This document shows, piece after piece, positions 21,396 to 30,663 of a DNA stretch of 64,000 bases; within the stretch, counting starts at the first letter, position 1, and the number at the start of each line of letters is the position of its first letter. Location of the stretch: the NCBI GenBank assembly GCA_032161105.1, contig JAVHTD010000001.1; one strand, given 5' to 3'. The stretch is from Candidatus Thermosaccharophagus tengchongensis (GTDB taxonomy: Bacteria > Armatimonadota > Fervidibacteria > Fervidibacterales > Thermosaccharophagaceae). A program made the translations under genes and the position numbers. The notes beneath the pieces were generated by a model. The model was given only the letters and a program-made list of their open reading frames with translations, was not told where the DNA came from and did no database searches.

Positions 21396-22931
21396 ATGCA
21401 TGACGAGGTTAAAAAGAGGGCACAGTTTGTAAGGGCAGTCTCACTTGCTGCATTCCTCGTTACGGCTTCGTTAGTTACTTATGTGAACCTGTCACAGGAT
21501 ATTGCCAAACCGCGATTTAGAATTGCCTACGCGACTTTTCTTGGAGGTCGCTACGGTGAAGAAGCGCGAGAAGTAATCCCTTATCCAGATGCCTCTGTTT
21601 TAATCGGAGCACAAGTTGCCTCAAAGGATTTGCCAGTTAGCGAAAATGCTTTCCAGAAACAGTATGCCGGTGATGACCCGACTCTTGGTCATCCCGGCGT
21701 GTATGGAGGGGATTGTTACATCTGCCGACTTGATGCTGACGGGAGGAGGGTAATATACGCCACTTATTTTGGTGGGTCAAAGCAAGAGCGCAACACTTAC
21801 GGATTAGAGTTGGATAAGGCTGGCAACATTGTCCTCACCACCATGACGCGCTCAACTGACATTCCCACAACTCAAAATGCCTTCCAACGCAAGCTTGTTG
21901 GTAAGACGGGGATCGTCGTTGCAAAGCTAACACCTGACTGTAGCCGTTTAATTTGGTGCACTTATCTGGCTGGCTCAAACGAAGCCAGTCCTCGTGGTGG
22001 ATTGGCTCTGGATAAAAACGACGATGTAATCGTTGTCGGCACAACAAATTCACCCGACTACCCGACTACCACCAGAGTTATCCAACCTCATCTCAAAGGT
22101 CCGCGAGATTCGCTGATTACCAAGCTCAAAGCCGATGGTTCTGGGTTGATATTTAGCACATTACTTGGTGGCACAGGCGAAGATGATGCCATCATGGGTG
22201 TTAGATTAGATGCCGAAGGCAACATTTATGTTGCCGGGCATACCAGGTCAACTGACTTCCCTGTGACACCCGGCTGCGCGCAACCCACGCATGGAGGGAA
22301 ATCGGATTGCTACTTGGCAAAATTGAGCCCCAATGCTGATAGAATGCTGTATGCAACCTATTTGGGTGGGGATGGAGAGGACTTTGCAGAGCATCGTCCA
22401 TGGCTGAATCCGGACGGGACTTTTTTGGTTGCAGGTTATTGTGGTTCGACAAACTTTCCAGTGACCATTGGGGTCCATTTAGGGCGATTAACATGGAAGA
22501 GTGCTGGTTTCTTGGCAAAGCTATCTCGGGATGGAAGCCGATTCGTATTTACAGCTCTCCTTGGCGGCTCTGGCAGCACCAACTTGCTGATGCCTACACC
22601 TGACAGTGAAGGCAATATTTGGGTCGTGGGGAACACCACAGCGCGTGACTTGCCGGTGACACCCGATGCATTGCAAAAGACCTTTGGTGGCGGACAAGAG
22701 GACGGTGTATTGGCAGCATTCAGTCCAGATGGCTCACGCCTTATTTACTGCACTTATTTGGGAGGAAAGGGCGATGAAATGATTCGCAGCCTTGCATGGG
22801 GTTATGATGGGTCACTTTACCTTGTGGGCAGGACATCATCGCCAGACTTCCCAGTCACACCAAAAGCGCTGCAAACTGTGCTTGGCGGTGACTCCGATGC
22901 ATTTGTTGTGAAGCTTGTCCCTAACCGATAA
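21396..22931 (+). CDS. SBBP beta-propeller repeat protein
   Basis: N-terminal TM. Seven repeats: YATFLGG, YATYFGG, WCTYLAG, FSTLLGG, YATYLGG, FTALLGG, YCTYLGG, with G.T.S.DFPVT units. Alternative start 21351. Confidence 0.85.
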   Translation: MHDEVKKRAQFVRAVSLAAFLVTASLVTYVNLSQDIAKPRFRIAYATFLGGRYGEEAREVIPYPDASVLIGAQVASKDLPVSENAFQKQYAGDDPTLGHPGVYGGDCYICRLDADGRRVIYATYFGGSKQERNTYGLELDKAGNIVLTTMTRSTDIPTTQNAFQRKLVGKTGIVVAKLTPDCSRLIWCTYLAGSNEASPRGGLALDKNDDVIVVGTTNSPDYPTTTRVIQPHLKGPRDSLITKLKADGSGLIFSTLLGGTGEDDAIMGVRLDAEGNIYVAGHTRSTDFPVTPGCAQPTHGGKSDCYLAKLSPNADRMLYATYLGGDGEDFAEHRPWLNPDGTFLVAGYCGSTNFPVTIGVHLGRLTWKSAGFLAKLSRDGSRFVFTALLGGSGSTNLLMPTPDSEGNIWVVGNTTARDLPVTPDALQKTFGGGQEDGVLAAFSPDGSRLIYCTYLGGKGDEMIRSLAWGYDGSLYLVGRTSSPDFPVTPKALQTVLGGDSDAFVVKLVPNR

Positions 22932-23041
22932 GTTAAGCATTTTCGCCTTTGTTTAGCTATCTTCTTCAGCAAATCAGGATTTCCACTGTGAGCCAACGCT
23001 GATGAATGAGCTACAGTCTATGCAGCGATAGGTGATGAAGA

Positions 23042-24610
23042 ATGGACAGACGGGAGTTTTTGAGCTTAAGTGGGATAGCCGCTTTAAGCATGCTAAGTGC
23101 TGGGCAAATTCAAGCCGACGCGCAAACCACAACTGGCGAGGTGAAAGGCGGTGGGGTGAAAAAGCGAGTTGACAATGTCATTCTAATCATCTCCGATACA
23201 CTTCGGAGAGATTTCGTCAGCTGCTACGGTAACAACTGGATATATACACCGCATCTGGATAGGTTTGCCAAAATGTCACTCATATTTGACCAAGCTTGGA
23301 TTTGCTCTTTCCCAACTGTTCCATGCCGACATGATATACTCACTGGACGATATACATTCACATACAAGCCTTGGTCGCCACTTGATCCAGAGACTGTGAC
23401 ACTTCAGGAAACGCTGAATAAAGCGGACATAATTACGGCTTTATTTGCCGATACACCTCATCCATTCACGCCGGGCTATAACTACCAGCGTGGCTTCAAA
23501 GTTTGGGAGATCATTCGCGGGCAGGAACACGATAATTGGAAAAGTGACCCAGCCGAAGTCAAGTTGCCATGTGCACCCGAGAAATTGCGCAGTCCTTGGA
23601 CAACTGTCGTCCAGTATCTTCGTAATGTTTCATACCGTCAATTTGAAGAGGACTATTTTGTGGCAAGAACAATGCGTGAAGCCGCAAAATGGCTTGAGCG
23701 AAACTATGATAGGCGTTTCTTCCTATATGTTGACACATTTGACCCGCATGAGCCTTGGGATCCGCCAAAATACTATGTGGACTTGTATGACCCCGGCTAT
23801 AAGGGAGAGGAGGTAATTTATCCCCGCTACGATTTGTGCGATTATTTGACAAAAGAGGAGTTAAATCATTGCCGCGCACTTTACGCCGGAGAAGTGACGC
23901 TTGTTGACCACTGGTTTGGCTACCTGCTTGATAGAATTGAGTCGCTCGGGTTGCTCAAAAATACAGCCATAATTTTCACGACAGATCATGGTTTTTACTT
24001 TGGAGAGCATGGTTACATCGGGAAGTCGCTCATCACAGAAAAGTATCAGCAGGCTATTCCACTTTACCCAGAAGTTGCCCATATACCGTTGCTGATTTAC
24101 ATTCCCGGAATTGAGGGTGGAAAGAGGATTTCGGCGCTTGTTTCGCTTGTTGATTTGATGCCGACAATACTTGACTTGCTTGGTGTGCCAATTCCTGAAA
24201 CTGTCCAAAGCCGTTCCATTTTACCATTAATTGATGGGAAAATGGACAAAATTAGGGATTTTGTTGTCGCATCACCAACGATTTCTCACAAGGGGATAAA
24301 AGTGCCGCATCCAACAAACAGGAGCAGTATAACCGATGGAGAATGGCTTTTGATATATGGAAGCCAAGTTGACAGAGTCACAGAACCACATTTGACGGCA
24401 ATGGTTGATAGCGTGATGCGCTCCATGAAAACGCTCGAGAAAGGGCCAATAAAGCCGAGATTATTTCACTTGCCGACTGACCCAAAATGCGAGAGGGATG
24501 TCATAGAAAAGCACAAGGATGTAGCCGAGAAATTGCACAAAAAATATATTGAACTCCTTGAAGCTTGCAATGTGCCGAAAGAACACCTGCAGTTCTTCAG
24601 ATATTTGTAA
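23042..24610 (+). CDS. Tat-exported sulfatase-like hydrolase (alkaline phosphatase superfamily)
   Basis: MDRREFL twin-Arg signal. NVILIISDTLRRD, TPHLD, PTVPCR..ILTG, DTFDPHEPWDPP, TTDHG. Confidence 0.88.
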   Translation: MDRREFLSLSGIAALSMLSAGQIQADAQTTTGEVKGGGVKKRVDNVILIISDTLRRDFVSCYGNNWIYTPHLDRFAKMSLIFDQAWICSFPTVPCRHDILTGRYTFTYKPWSPLDPETVTLQETLNKADIITALFADTPHPFTPGYNYQRGFKVWEIIRGQEHDNWKSDPAEVKLPCAPEKLRSPWTTVVQYLRNVSYRQFEEDYFVARTMREAAKWLERNYDRRFFLYVDTFDPHEPWDPPKYYVDLYDPGYKGEEVIYPRYDLCDYLTKEELNHCRALYAGEVTLVDHWFGYLLDRIESLGLLKNTAIIFTTDHGFYFGEHGYIGKSLITEKYQQAIPLYPEVAHIPLLIYIPGIEGGKRISALVSLVDLMPTILDLLGVPIPETVQSRSILPLIDGKMDKIRDFVVASPTISHKGIKVPHPTNRSSITDGEWLLIYGSQVDRVTEPHLTAMVDSVMRSMKTLEKGPIKPRLFHLPTDPKCERDVIEKHKDVAEKLHKKYIELLEACNVPKEHLQFFRYL

Positions 24611-24696
24611 AGTGCAACTTTGCTCTGCATTTTTAGCAGCTGATGAGTATTCCGGGAATCAAGCTCCCGTCCAGCAGAAGTAGGGTGAGAAACGGC

Positions 24697-25437
24697 ATGT
24701 TATTGAAGAAGATGCTCCCATACCAAATCAGGGATGCTATTGAGAGAAACTTGCCACTATTAATTCCTGCTGGATGTGTTGAATGCCATGGCACTCATTG
24801 TGCAGTTGGCTTGGACACGATTGTAGTTGAAGAGCTGTGTAAAGCCATTTGTGAGCATATTCCCGCAGTAATTGCGCCAACTGTTGATTACGGTCCTACT
24901 GGTTGGGCTGTAAGCGGACCGGAGCTTGGCACAGTTGATGTTGATGGGAATCAATTTTATTCATTTGTCAAGGATGTTTTGCGGTCATTTTTGCTCATGG
25001 GTTGGAAGAACATCATCGTCATTGTTCATCATCAAGGTATGGATGGACCTGAGGCGCTGGCATTTAAAAAAGCCGCATCTGAGTTGGCATTTGAAGTAAC
25101 GCGCCAAGAAATGGGAGTAGGATGGTGGGGCAACAAGCCGCCAGAGGAACACGGTGATGTTTTTGGAAGGATTCGTGTAATGCCATCAATTTTGCCAAAG
25201 GCTGAGGAAATATGCCGGGGCGACCATGCAGGGCGCTTTGAAACCAGTTTACTGATGTATCTTTGTCCAGAAGCAGTTGACCTAAGTCAACTTGAACGGC
25301 AAACATTTTGGTATGCCGAACGCCCAGATAACCTTGCAAGAAATGCCTCAAAAGAGGATGGAGAGCGCTTCTTTAAGGCGATGGTGGATGCGTGGGTAGA
25401 TGAGCTAAAAGATATGCTCAAACAGCAAAGGCAGTGA
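24697..25437 (+). CDS. Creatininase / amidohydrolase family protein
   Basis: LIPAGCVECHGTH...GLDT, IIVIVHHQG, DHAGRFETSLLMYL.PEAVD. RBS GGGTGA before ATG 24697. Confidence 0.85.
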   Translation: MLLKKMLPYQIRDAIERNLPLLIPAGCVECHGTHCAVGLDTIVVEELCKAICEHIPAVIAPTVDYGPTGWAVSGPELGTVDVDGNQFYSFVKDVLRSFLLMGWKNIIVIVHHQGMDGPEALAFKKAASELAFEVTRQEMGVGWWGNKPPEEHGDVFGRIRVMPSILPKAEEICRGDHAGRFETSLLMYLCPEAVDLSQLERQTFWYAERPDNLARNASKEDGERFFKAMVDAWVDELKDMLKQQRQ

Positions 25438-25465
25438 ATGGATGGCAATTGAAGAGGTGTAAGCA

Positions 25466-28400
25466 ATGTTTAGGCGAATATTAATGGCTTTTTCAATCGG
25501 ATTTATCTTTGGAGTGCTATCGTGGGTGGCATTCCTTAAACTGGCGGTGGCAGAGGGCAAAAAGCCGGCAATTTTGATTTTGATGCCAAATGCCGCATGG
25601 CCACCCGGTGATTGGGATTTTGATTTACTGCGTGAACTTGAGAACGCCGGGTTTGAAATTGATTACACTGACGAAGCCTCGCAACTTACATGGGAATTGC
25701 TCAAAAATTTCAACTGTTTGGTCATCCGTGAGATCCCGCATCCCCAGGCACCAATGAAACCCTATGAAAAGCCAACATATGAGGGGCTTAAATCGCTATG
25801 CAACGAATTTTTGCGGTCTGGTGGGGGTATTTTCCTCGCTATAGATGATGTCAATTCACTTGCTGCAACTTGGATGATGCCTCAGGAATTTTTCTCCGAG
25901 ATTGGGGCAAAATTGCCGAGGGAATTCCTCTACGACCCTGGCACCGAAATGCCGCACCCGCGCTTGCCACTTCAATCTGACAGAGAAATGGCGTTTACTT
26001 CGCAAATTTTGCCAAGCCCAGTTAGCGACGGTGTTCGTGGTCTATGGTATCCATTGCCATTTACTGCTCCGATTGAGGTTTCAAATGAGTGGATTGTTGT
26101 TGTCAAGGGAAGCCCAACATCCTTTTCCAGACCAATGACAGATGAGGAATTTATCAGAAATTTTGGACATTTTGGCGAATTAGGGGCAATAAAGGGAGAG
26201 CCATATAGGCGGAGGGAAATAACAAAAGAGCCAATACTTGTGGCTATTCGCGAGTTTAATGGCGGACGAATAGCGCTAATGCGAATGTTCAGTAATTTCC
26301 ATCTACGCGCTGGAAGCAAGTGGTGGTATGACAAAGTTGTGTGGGAAAAGGGGATGGGCAATAGACCGAGCGATTTAAAGCGCCTTTTCATCAACATATT
26401 GCGATGGCTCAGCGAACCTTCTTTGCAAAAGGGAACTCTTGGAGGGCATATTAGCCCGCCTGATAGGCTAATTCATCCTCAGGATAGGATGGATCCAAAA
26501 AGTGTCATCGTCCAATGGGCGGATTACCCCGACGCTCAAGAAAATAGCTTAAAATTTGGCACTCCACCGAAACAATTTAAGGGTTTCATTGGCGCGCGCA
26601 CAACTTTTTCAAGCGGGCGAAATACTGTCGCTGAATATGCCAAAAAGGCAGCAGAATTGGGCTTGCAATTCGCCATCTTCCTTGAGGATTTTGAGAAATT
26701 AACTCCGGAAAAATTTGAAGCCTTAAGGGACGAGTGCAAAAAATATTCCTCGGAAAAGCTTCTGCTTATCCCGGGTTGGACAATGCGTGACAATATAGGG
26801 CATAATATCTTTATCTTTGGCGCCAATCTTGATTATCCACCGCCATCGGTCCTTGTAGGACCAAACAAAAAACTTTTACATCAACAAGCAATTGATGACA
26901 AGGGGAGATTTATCATTGCTCCAATACCGTCGTTAACATGGATTTTGCGCGATATAGCCGGCAAGCACAATCAGCTTGGCTATTTTAACTTTCGTTCTTC
27001 ACCGGGTTGTTATCCATGGAATGTGCGTCTTTACGGCGGCATTGCTGTATGGTTTTGGGAAGAAAACAAACTGATTGAAAACCTTTGGGATTCATTTATT
27101 GAGTTGAATGCTCAAGCTCTTCAGCCAAATCCATTTGCTATCAACATAGTTCACTCGGTTGAAGCATTTTCCACCGGAGTCAGGCAAGGATTTGGCATAA
27201 ATTATGCGTTTTCAAGCACATTGAACGATGTGCCAAACAGATTAGCATACAAATTCCGAGCGGGTGGCGAACCACATCAGTATATTTCAACAGGTCCTGT
27301 CATATTGGATTGGAGAAGATTAAATCGTGACTATTGGACATACGGTGGAGAGCAGTTTGTAACGCCAAATTACCGATGGCCGCTCAAAATTGCTGTAGCC
27401 TCTGATGTTGGTCTGAGTAGCATAGAAATTTACGACAGAGATTTATTGCTTTACCGCTTCTTGCCAAAGGGACGGAAGCAATTTGAGCGATTACTTGAAC
27501 TTAACTGCGGTTATGGGCGAAACATCGTTATGCGGGTGGAAGACGAGAATGGAAGGGTTGCAATCAGTGATGTCGCTTATGGCTGGAATCAGGCATTCTC
27601 GCCAGTCTGGTGTTCGGACAGAATAAACAATTGCGGGAATTATGGCATTGGGCATGGTCCGCTTTTCTTCTCTGCTTCGGCACCTGCTAATTTCCCGCTT
27701 GGTGCGACTTGGGATGGCGGACCTTCTGGGATTAGCCCTGTGATACACCCACAAGGAATTGAGCCGTTTTTGGACAGCGACATCGGAAAACAGTTTGAGG
27801 ATCGCCGTCCGCATATTGCGCGACCTTTTGAGGAAATAATGAGCCCAGATGGCTATGTATTCAGTGCTGAATGTGCGTGGACTACTCCCAAGGAAGTCCC
27901 ATCTGTAAATCCTTGGCATACGCTCGGACCACTCGTTGAAACACCGCTGTTTCAATTCCGCCTCAAGCATACTGGTTTTCAATCACGCCCGGTGCGCGCG
28001 ACGCCTGAGTTGCATTGGTCATACCCCGAAAGGAGGGGCAGCTCAATTGCCGAATTTGAGGGGGAAATTGTGTTCAAAAAGACATTGAGGGTTAACCAAC
28101 TTTATCTTTTCGGAGTCGGTCTTGGGAACATGCGTCAAATTGCTCATGCTGTGCCATTTGTTGTCATCAACGATGGCAATGGAAACTTTTGGTCTGGAAC
28201 TCTGGAAAGCTTTCGTTCCGAGTTTTTCTTCGGCAAGCCGGGACAAGAAGCCGTAGAGACTTTAATTCACCGTGGAGGGTATGCTGCACTCTTTGCGCAA
28301 ACTCCCTCCAATGCCTTTGCCATTTACAATTTGGGGGAGCCATTGAAAGCTGTAGTAAATGTTCCCAAATTGAACCTGAACTTCAACGGCGCTATTGCCT

Positions 28401-29155
28401 TTTACGCGCCTATAAATGGCAAGCAGGTCAAACATGGCGAAAAATATTCGTATCGTGTGCTTATCCTCAACGACCCGATGGATGAGGAGGGGAAAAATGG
28501 AAGGAGATACGAAATTATAAGGGAATTCTTGGGTATGGGTGGGGGCAAAAAATTCCCATTTGAGTTGCGTCAAGGAAAACTATTAAGCTATTTTGGCATA
28601 CTTGATGTTAAAGTCCAAGATGGCGTGGTTGAAATTTATATGAAAAAGCCAAATGAGAGGCTGAATATTCCATTCCCGGTGCGAATTCACGGGTTAAACC
28701 CGAGATGGTCGGCGGGGCTGTTTCAGATTGAGGGTTATACTCAGGGAAGATATACAAATGGCAAGAATGTTTATAAACCGATTGGTGTGACGAAGGGCGG
28801 TATCGGATTCGCAACTTTATACCCAGATTATTCCGAAAATACGCACATTATTGTTGGTCACCCAATTGTAGCCGATGACGAAAGAATCGCCATAATTTTT
28901 GCCCATACCAATTGGAAGCCCCACGAATATTGGCTCATGGTGAATAATCCAACAGACGAACCGATCACAACGACAATTCGCCAGAAAATACCGCTACCGG
29001 ATTTGAAATTTACGCGGCAGCTCATTACTCTACAACCTGGTGAAGATCGCATATTGTTTAGCCCGAAAGGGTGGGAAAACCTGTGGGCTAAATCCCCTCA
29101 GGATATGCGGCAGTTCTTGGCAAAATATGGGGAATCATGCCAAAGTTGCCCATAA
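25466..29155 (+). CDS. Large exported hypothetical protein (N-terminal GATase/ThuA-like segment, degenerate PHP-like domain)
   Basis: 1229-aa ORF with signal-like N-terminus. F...GGGIF and LFINILRWL segments, KGFIGARTTFSSG..TVAEYAKKAAELGLQFAIFLE, YISTGPVI. RBS GAGGTG. Confidence 0.6.
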   Translation: MFRRILMAFSIGFIFGVLSWVAFLKLAVAEGKKPAILILMPNAAWPPGDWDFDLLRELENAGFEIDYTDEASQLTWELLKNFNCLVIREIPHPQAPMKPYEKPTYEGLKSLCNEFLRSGGGIFLAIDDVNSLAATWMMPQEFFSEIGAKLPREFLYDPGTEMPHPRLPLQSDREMAFTSQILPSPVSDGVRGLWYPLPFTAPIEVSNEWIVVVKGSPTSFSRPMTDEEFIRNFGHFGELGAIKGEPYRRREITKEPILVAIREFNGGRIALMRMFSNFHLRAGSKWWYDKVVWEKGMGNRPSDLKRLFINILRWLSEPSLQKGTLGGHISPPDRLIHPQDRMDPKSVIVQWADYPDAQENSLKFGTPPKQFKGFIGARTTFSSGRNTVAEYAKKAAELGLQFAIFLEDFEKLTPEKFEALRDECKKYSSEKLLLIPGWTMRDNIGHNIFIFGANLDYPPPSVLVGPNKKLLHQQAIDDKGRFIIAPIPSLTWILRDIAGKHNQLGYFNFRSSPGCYPWNVRLYGGIAVWFWEENKLIENLWDSFIELNAQALQPNPFAINIVHSVEAFSTGVRQGFGINYAFSSTLNDVPNRLAYKFRAGGEPHQYISTGPVILDWRRLNRDYWTYGGEQFVTPNYRWPLKIAVASDVGLSSIEIYDRDLLLYRFLPKGRKQFERLLELNCGYGRNIVMRVEDENGRVAISDVAYGWNQAFSPVWCSDRINNCGNYGIGHGPLFFSASAPANFPLGATWDGGPSGISPVIHPQGIEPFLDSDIGKQFEDRRPHIARPFEEIMSPDGYVFSAECAWTTPKEVPSVNPWHTLGPLVETPLFQFRLKHTGFQSRPVRATPELHWSYPERRGSSIAEFEGEIVFKKTLRVNQLYLFGVGLGNMRQIAHAVPFVVINDGNGNFWSGTLESFRSEFFFGKPGQEAVETLIHRGGYAALFAQTPSNAFAIYNLGEPLKAVVNVPKLNLNFNGAIAFYAPINGKQVKHGEKYSYRVLILNDPMDEEGKNGRRYEIIREFLGMGGGKKFPFELRQGKLLSYFGILDVKVQDGVVEIYMKKPNERLNIPFPVRIHGLNPRWSAGLFQIEGYTQGRYTNGKNVYKPIGVTKGGIGFATLYPDYSENTHIIVGHPIVADDERIAIIFAHTNWKPHEYWLMVNNPTDEPITTTIRQKIPLPDLKFTRQLITLQPGEDRILFSPKGWENLWAKSPQDMRQFLAKYGESCQSCP

Positions 29156-29211
29156 GGTGAGTGTGAGGGGCAAAATAACCACAAATTTGGGGAAATTGTG
29201 GGGTGATGTGC

Positions 29212-30645
29212 ATGGATTTTGAGCCGGTAATTGGGCTTGAAGTTCATGCGGAACTTCTTACGGAGAGCAAGATGTTCTGCAGCTGTCCAACAAAGTTTGG
29301 CTCTCCACCAAACACGCAAACTTGCCCAGTATGCCTCGGTTTTCCTGGAGTTTTGCCGACGGTTAACAAGAGGGCGATTGAGTATACCCTGAAAGTGGCT
29401 ATGGCATTGAACTGCCAAATAAATCGCCACACAATTTTTGAGCGCAAAAATTACTATTACCCTGACCTCCCAAAAGCCTATCAAATTTCGCAGAAGCGGC
29501 TGCCCATAGGACACGATGGCTACCTTGAGATTGAAGTTAATGGGGAAATAAGGCAAATTGGGATAGCAGATGTGCACATTGAAGAGGATACAGGAAAGCT
29601 CATCCATGGTGAGGAGGGTGGCTTTGAATTCAGCCTGATTGATTACAACCGAAGTGGCATCCCACTCGTTGAAATCGTCACAAAACCGGAGATAAGGTCC
29701 CTGAAAGAGCTTGAGGAGTTTATGGTAACATTGCGCCAATTATTGCTGTATCTTGAAGTGAGCGATTGCAAGATGGAACATGGTTCGCTCAGGTTTGAAG
29801 CAAGCGTTTCACTTCGCCCAGCAGGAAGCGAGGAGCTCGGGACGCGTGTTGAAATCAAAAACTTGAACTCATTCAAGGCTGTTTTAGGGGCAGTTGAAGC
29901 TGAAATAAGGCGTCAACAGCAATTGCTCATGCGCGGCGAAAAGATACAGCAACAGACGATGCTTTGGAATGAAAAAATGCGAATAACTGAGCCAATGCGA
30001 ACCAAAGAGACAGCTCATGACTATCGGTATTTCCCGGAGCCGGATATACCGCCGATTGTGATCACCGATGAATGGCTTGAAAATGTGAGGAAACAGTTGC
30101 CGGAGTTTCCGAGGCAGCGAATGCAGAGATTCATTGAGCAATATGGATTGCCAATTCAGGATGCAAAATTGCTAACCGCTTCCAAGGCAAGTGCCGATTT
30201 CTTTGAAAAATGTGTTTCCATTTTCCAGCAGCCGAAAATCGTGGCAAATTGGATGTTAACAGAGATACAAAGTTTGCTCCATGACGACCAGATTGGGTGG
30301 GAAGAGTGCCCATTAAAGCCGGAGCAGCTGGCTGGGATGTTGAAATTGATAAATGAAGGCGTAATTAGCGGCAGAATTGCCAAGTCAGTCCTTGAACAGA
30401 TGTATCGGACTGGAAAGGATGCGCAAACTATTGTCAATGAGATGGGCTTGGTTCAAATCACAGATGAGGCACAATTGCGTCCAATTATTGAGCGCGTAAT
30501 CGCTGAAAATCCGGATGCAGCGGAAAAATTCAGGAAGGGCGACGAAAAAGTCATAGGATTCTTCGTTGGTCAAGTCATGCGTGCTACAAAAGGAAGAGCC
30601 AACCCACAAATTGTCAACAAACTTATAAGGGAATTACTAACTTAA
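29212..30645 (+). CDS. gatB: Asp-tRNA(Asn)/Glu-tRNA(Gln) amidotransferase subunit B
   Basis: VIGLEVHAEL.TESKMFC, RKNYYYPDLPKAYQISQ, HIEEDTGK, DYNRSG.PL.EIV, RVEIKNLNSF, DYRYFPEPD, GFFVGQVM..TKGRANP. Confidence 0.97.
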   Translation: MDFEPVIGLEVHAELLTESKMFCSCPTKFGSPPNTQTCPVCLGFPGVLPTVNKRAIEYTLKVAMALNCQINRHTIFERKNYYYPDLPKAYQISQKRLPIGHDGYLEIEVNGEIRQIGIADVHIEEDTGKLIHGEEGGFEFSLIDYNRSGIPLVEIVTKPEIRSLKELEEFMVTLRQLLLYLEVSDCKMEHGSLRFEASVSLRPAGSEELGTRVEIKNLNSFKAVLGAVEAEIRRQQQLLMRGEKIQQQTMLWNEKMRITEPMRTKETAHDYRYFPEPDIPPIVITDEWLENVRKQLPEFPRQRMQRFIEQYGLPIQDAKLLTASKASADFFEKCVSIFQQPKIVANWMLTEIQSLLHDDQIGWEECPLKPEQLAGMLKLINEGVISGRIAKSVLEQMYRTGKDAQTIVNEMGLVQITDEAQLRPIIERVIAENPDAAEKFRKGDEKVIGFFVGQVMRATKGRANPQIVNKLIRELLT

Positions 30646-30663
30646 ATCAAGCATCACTTCCGC

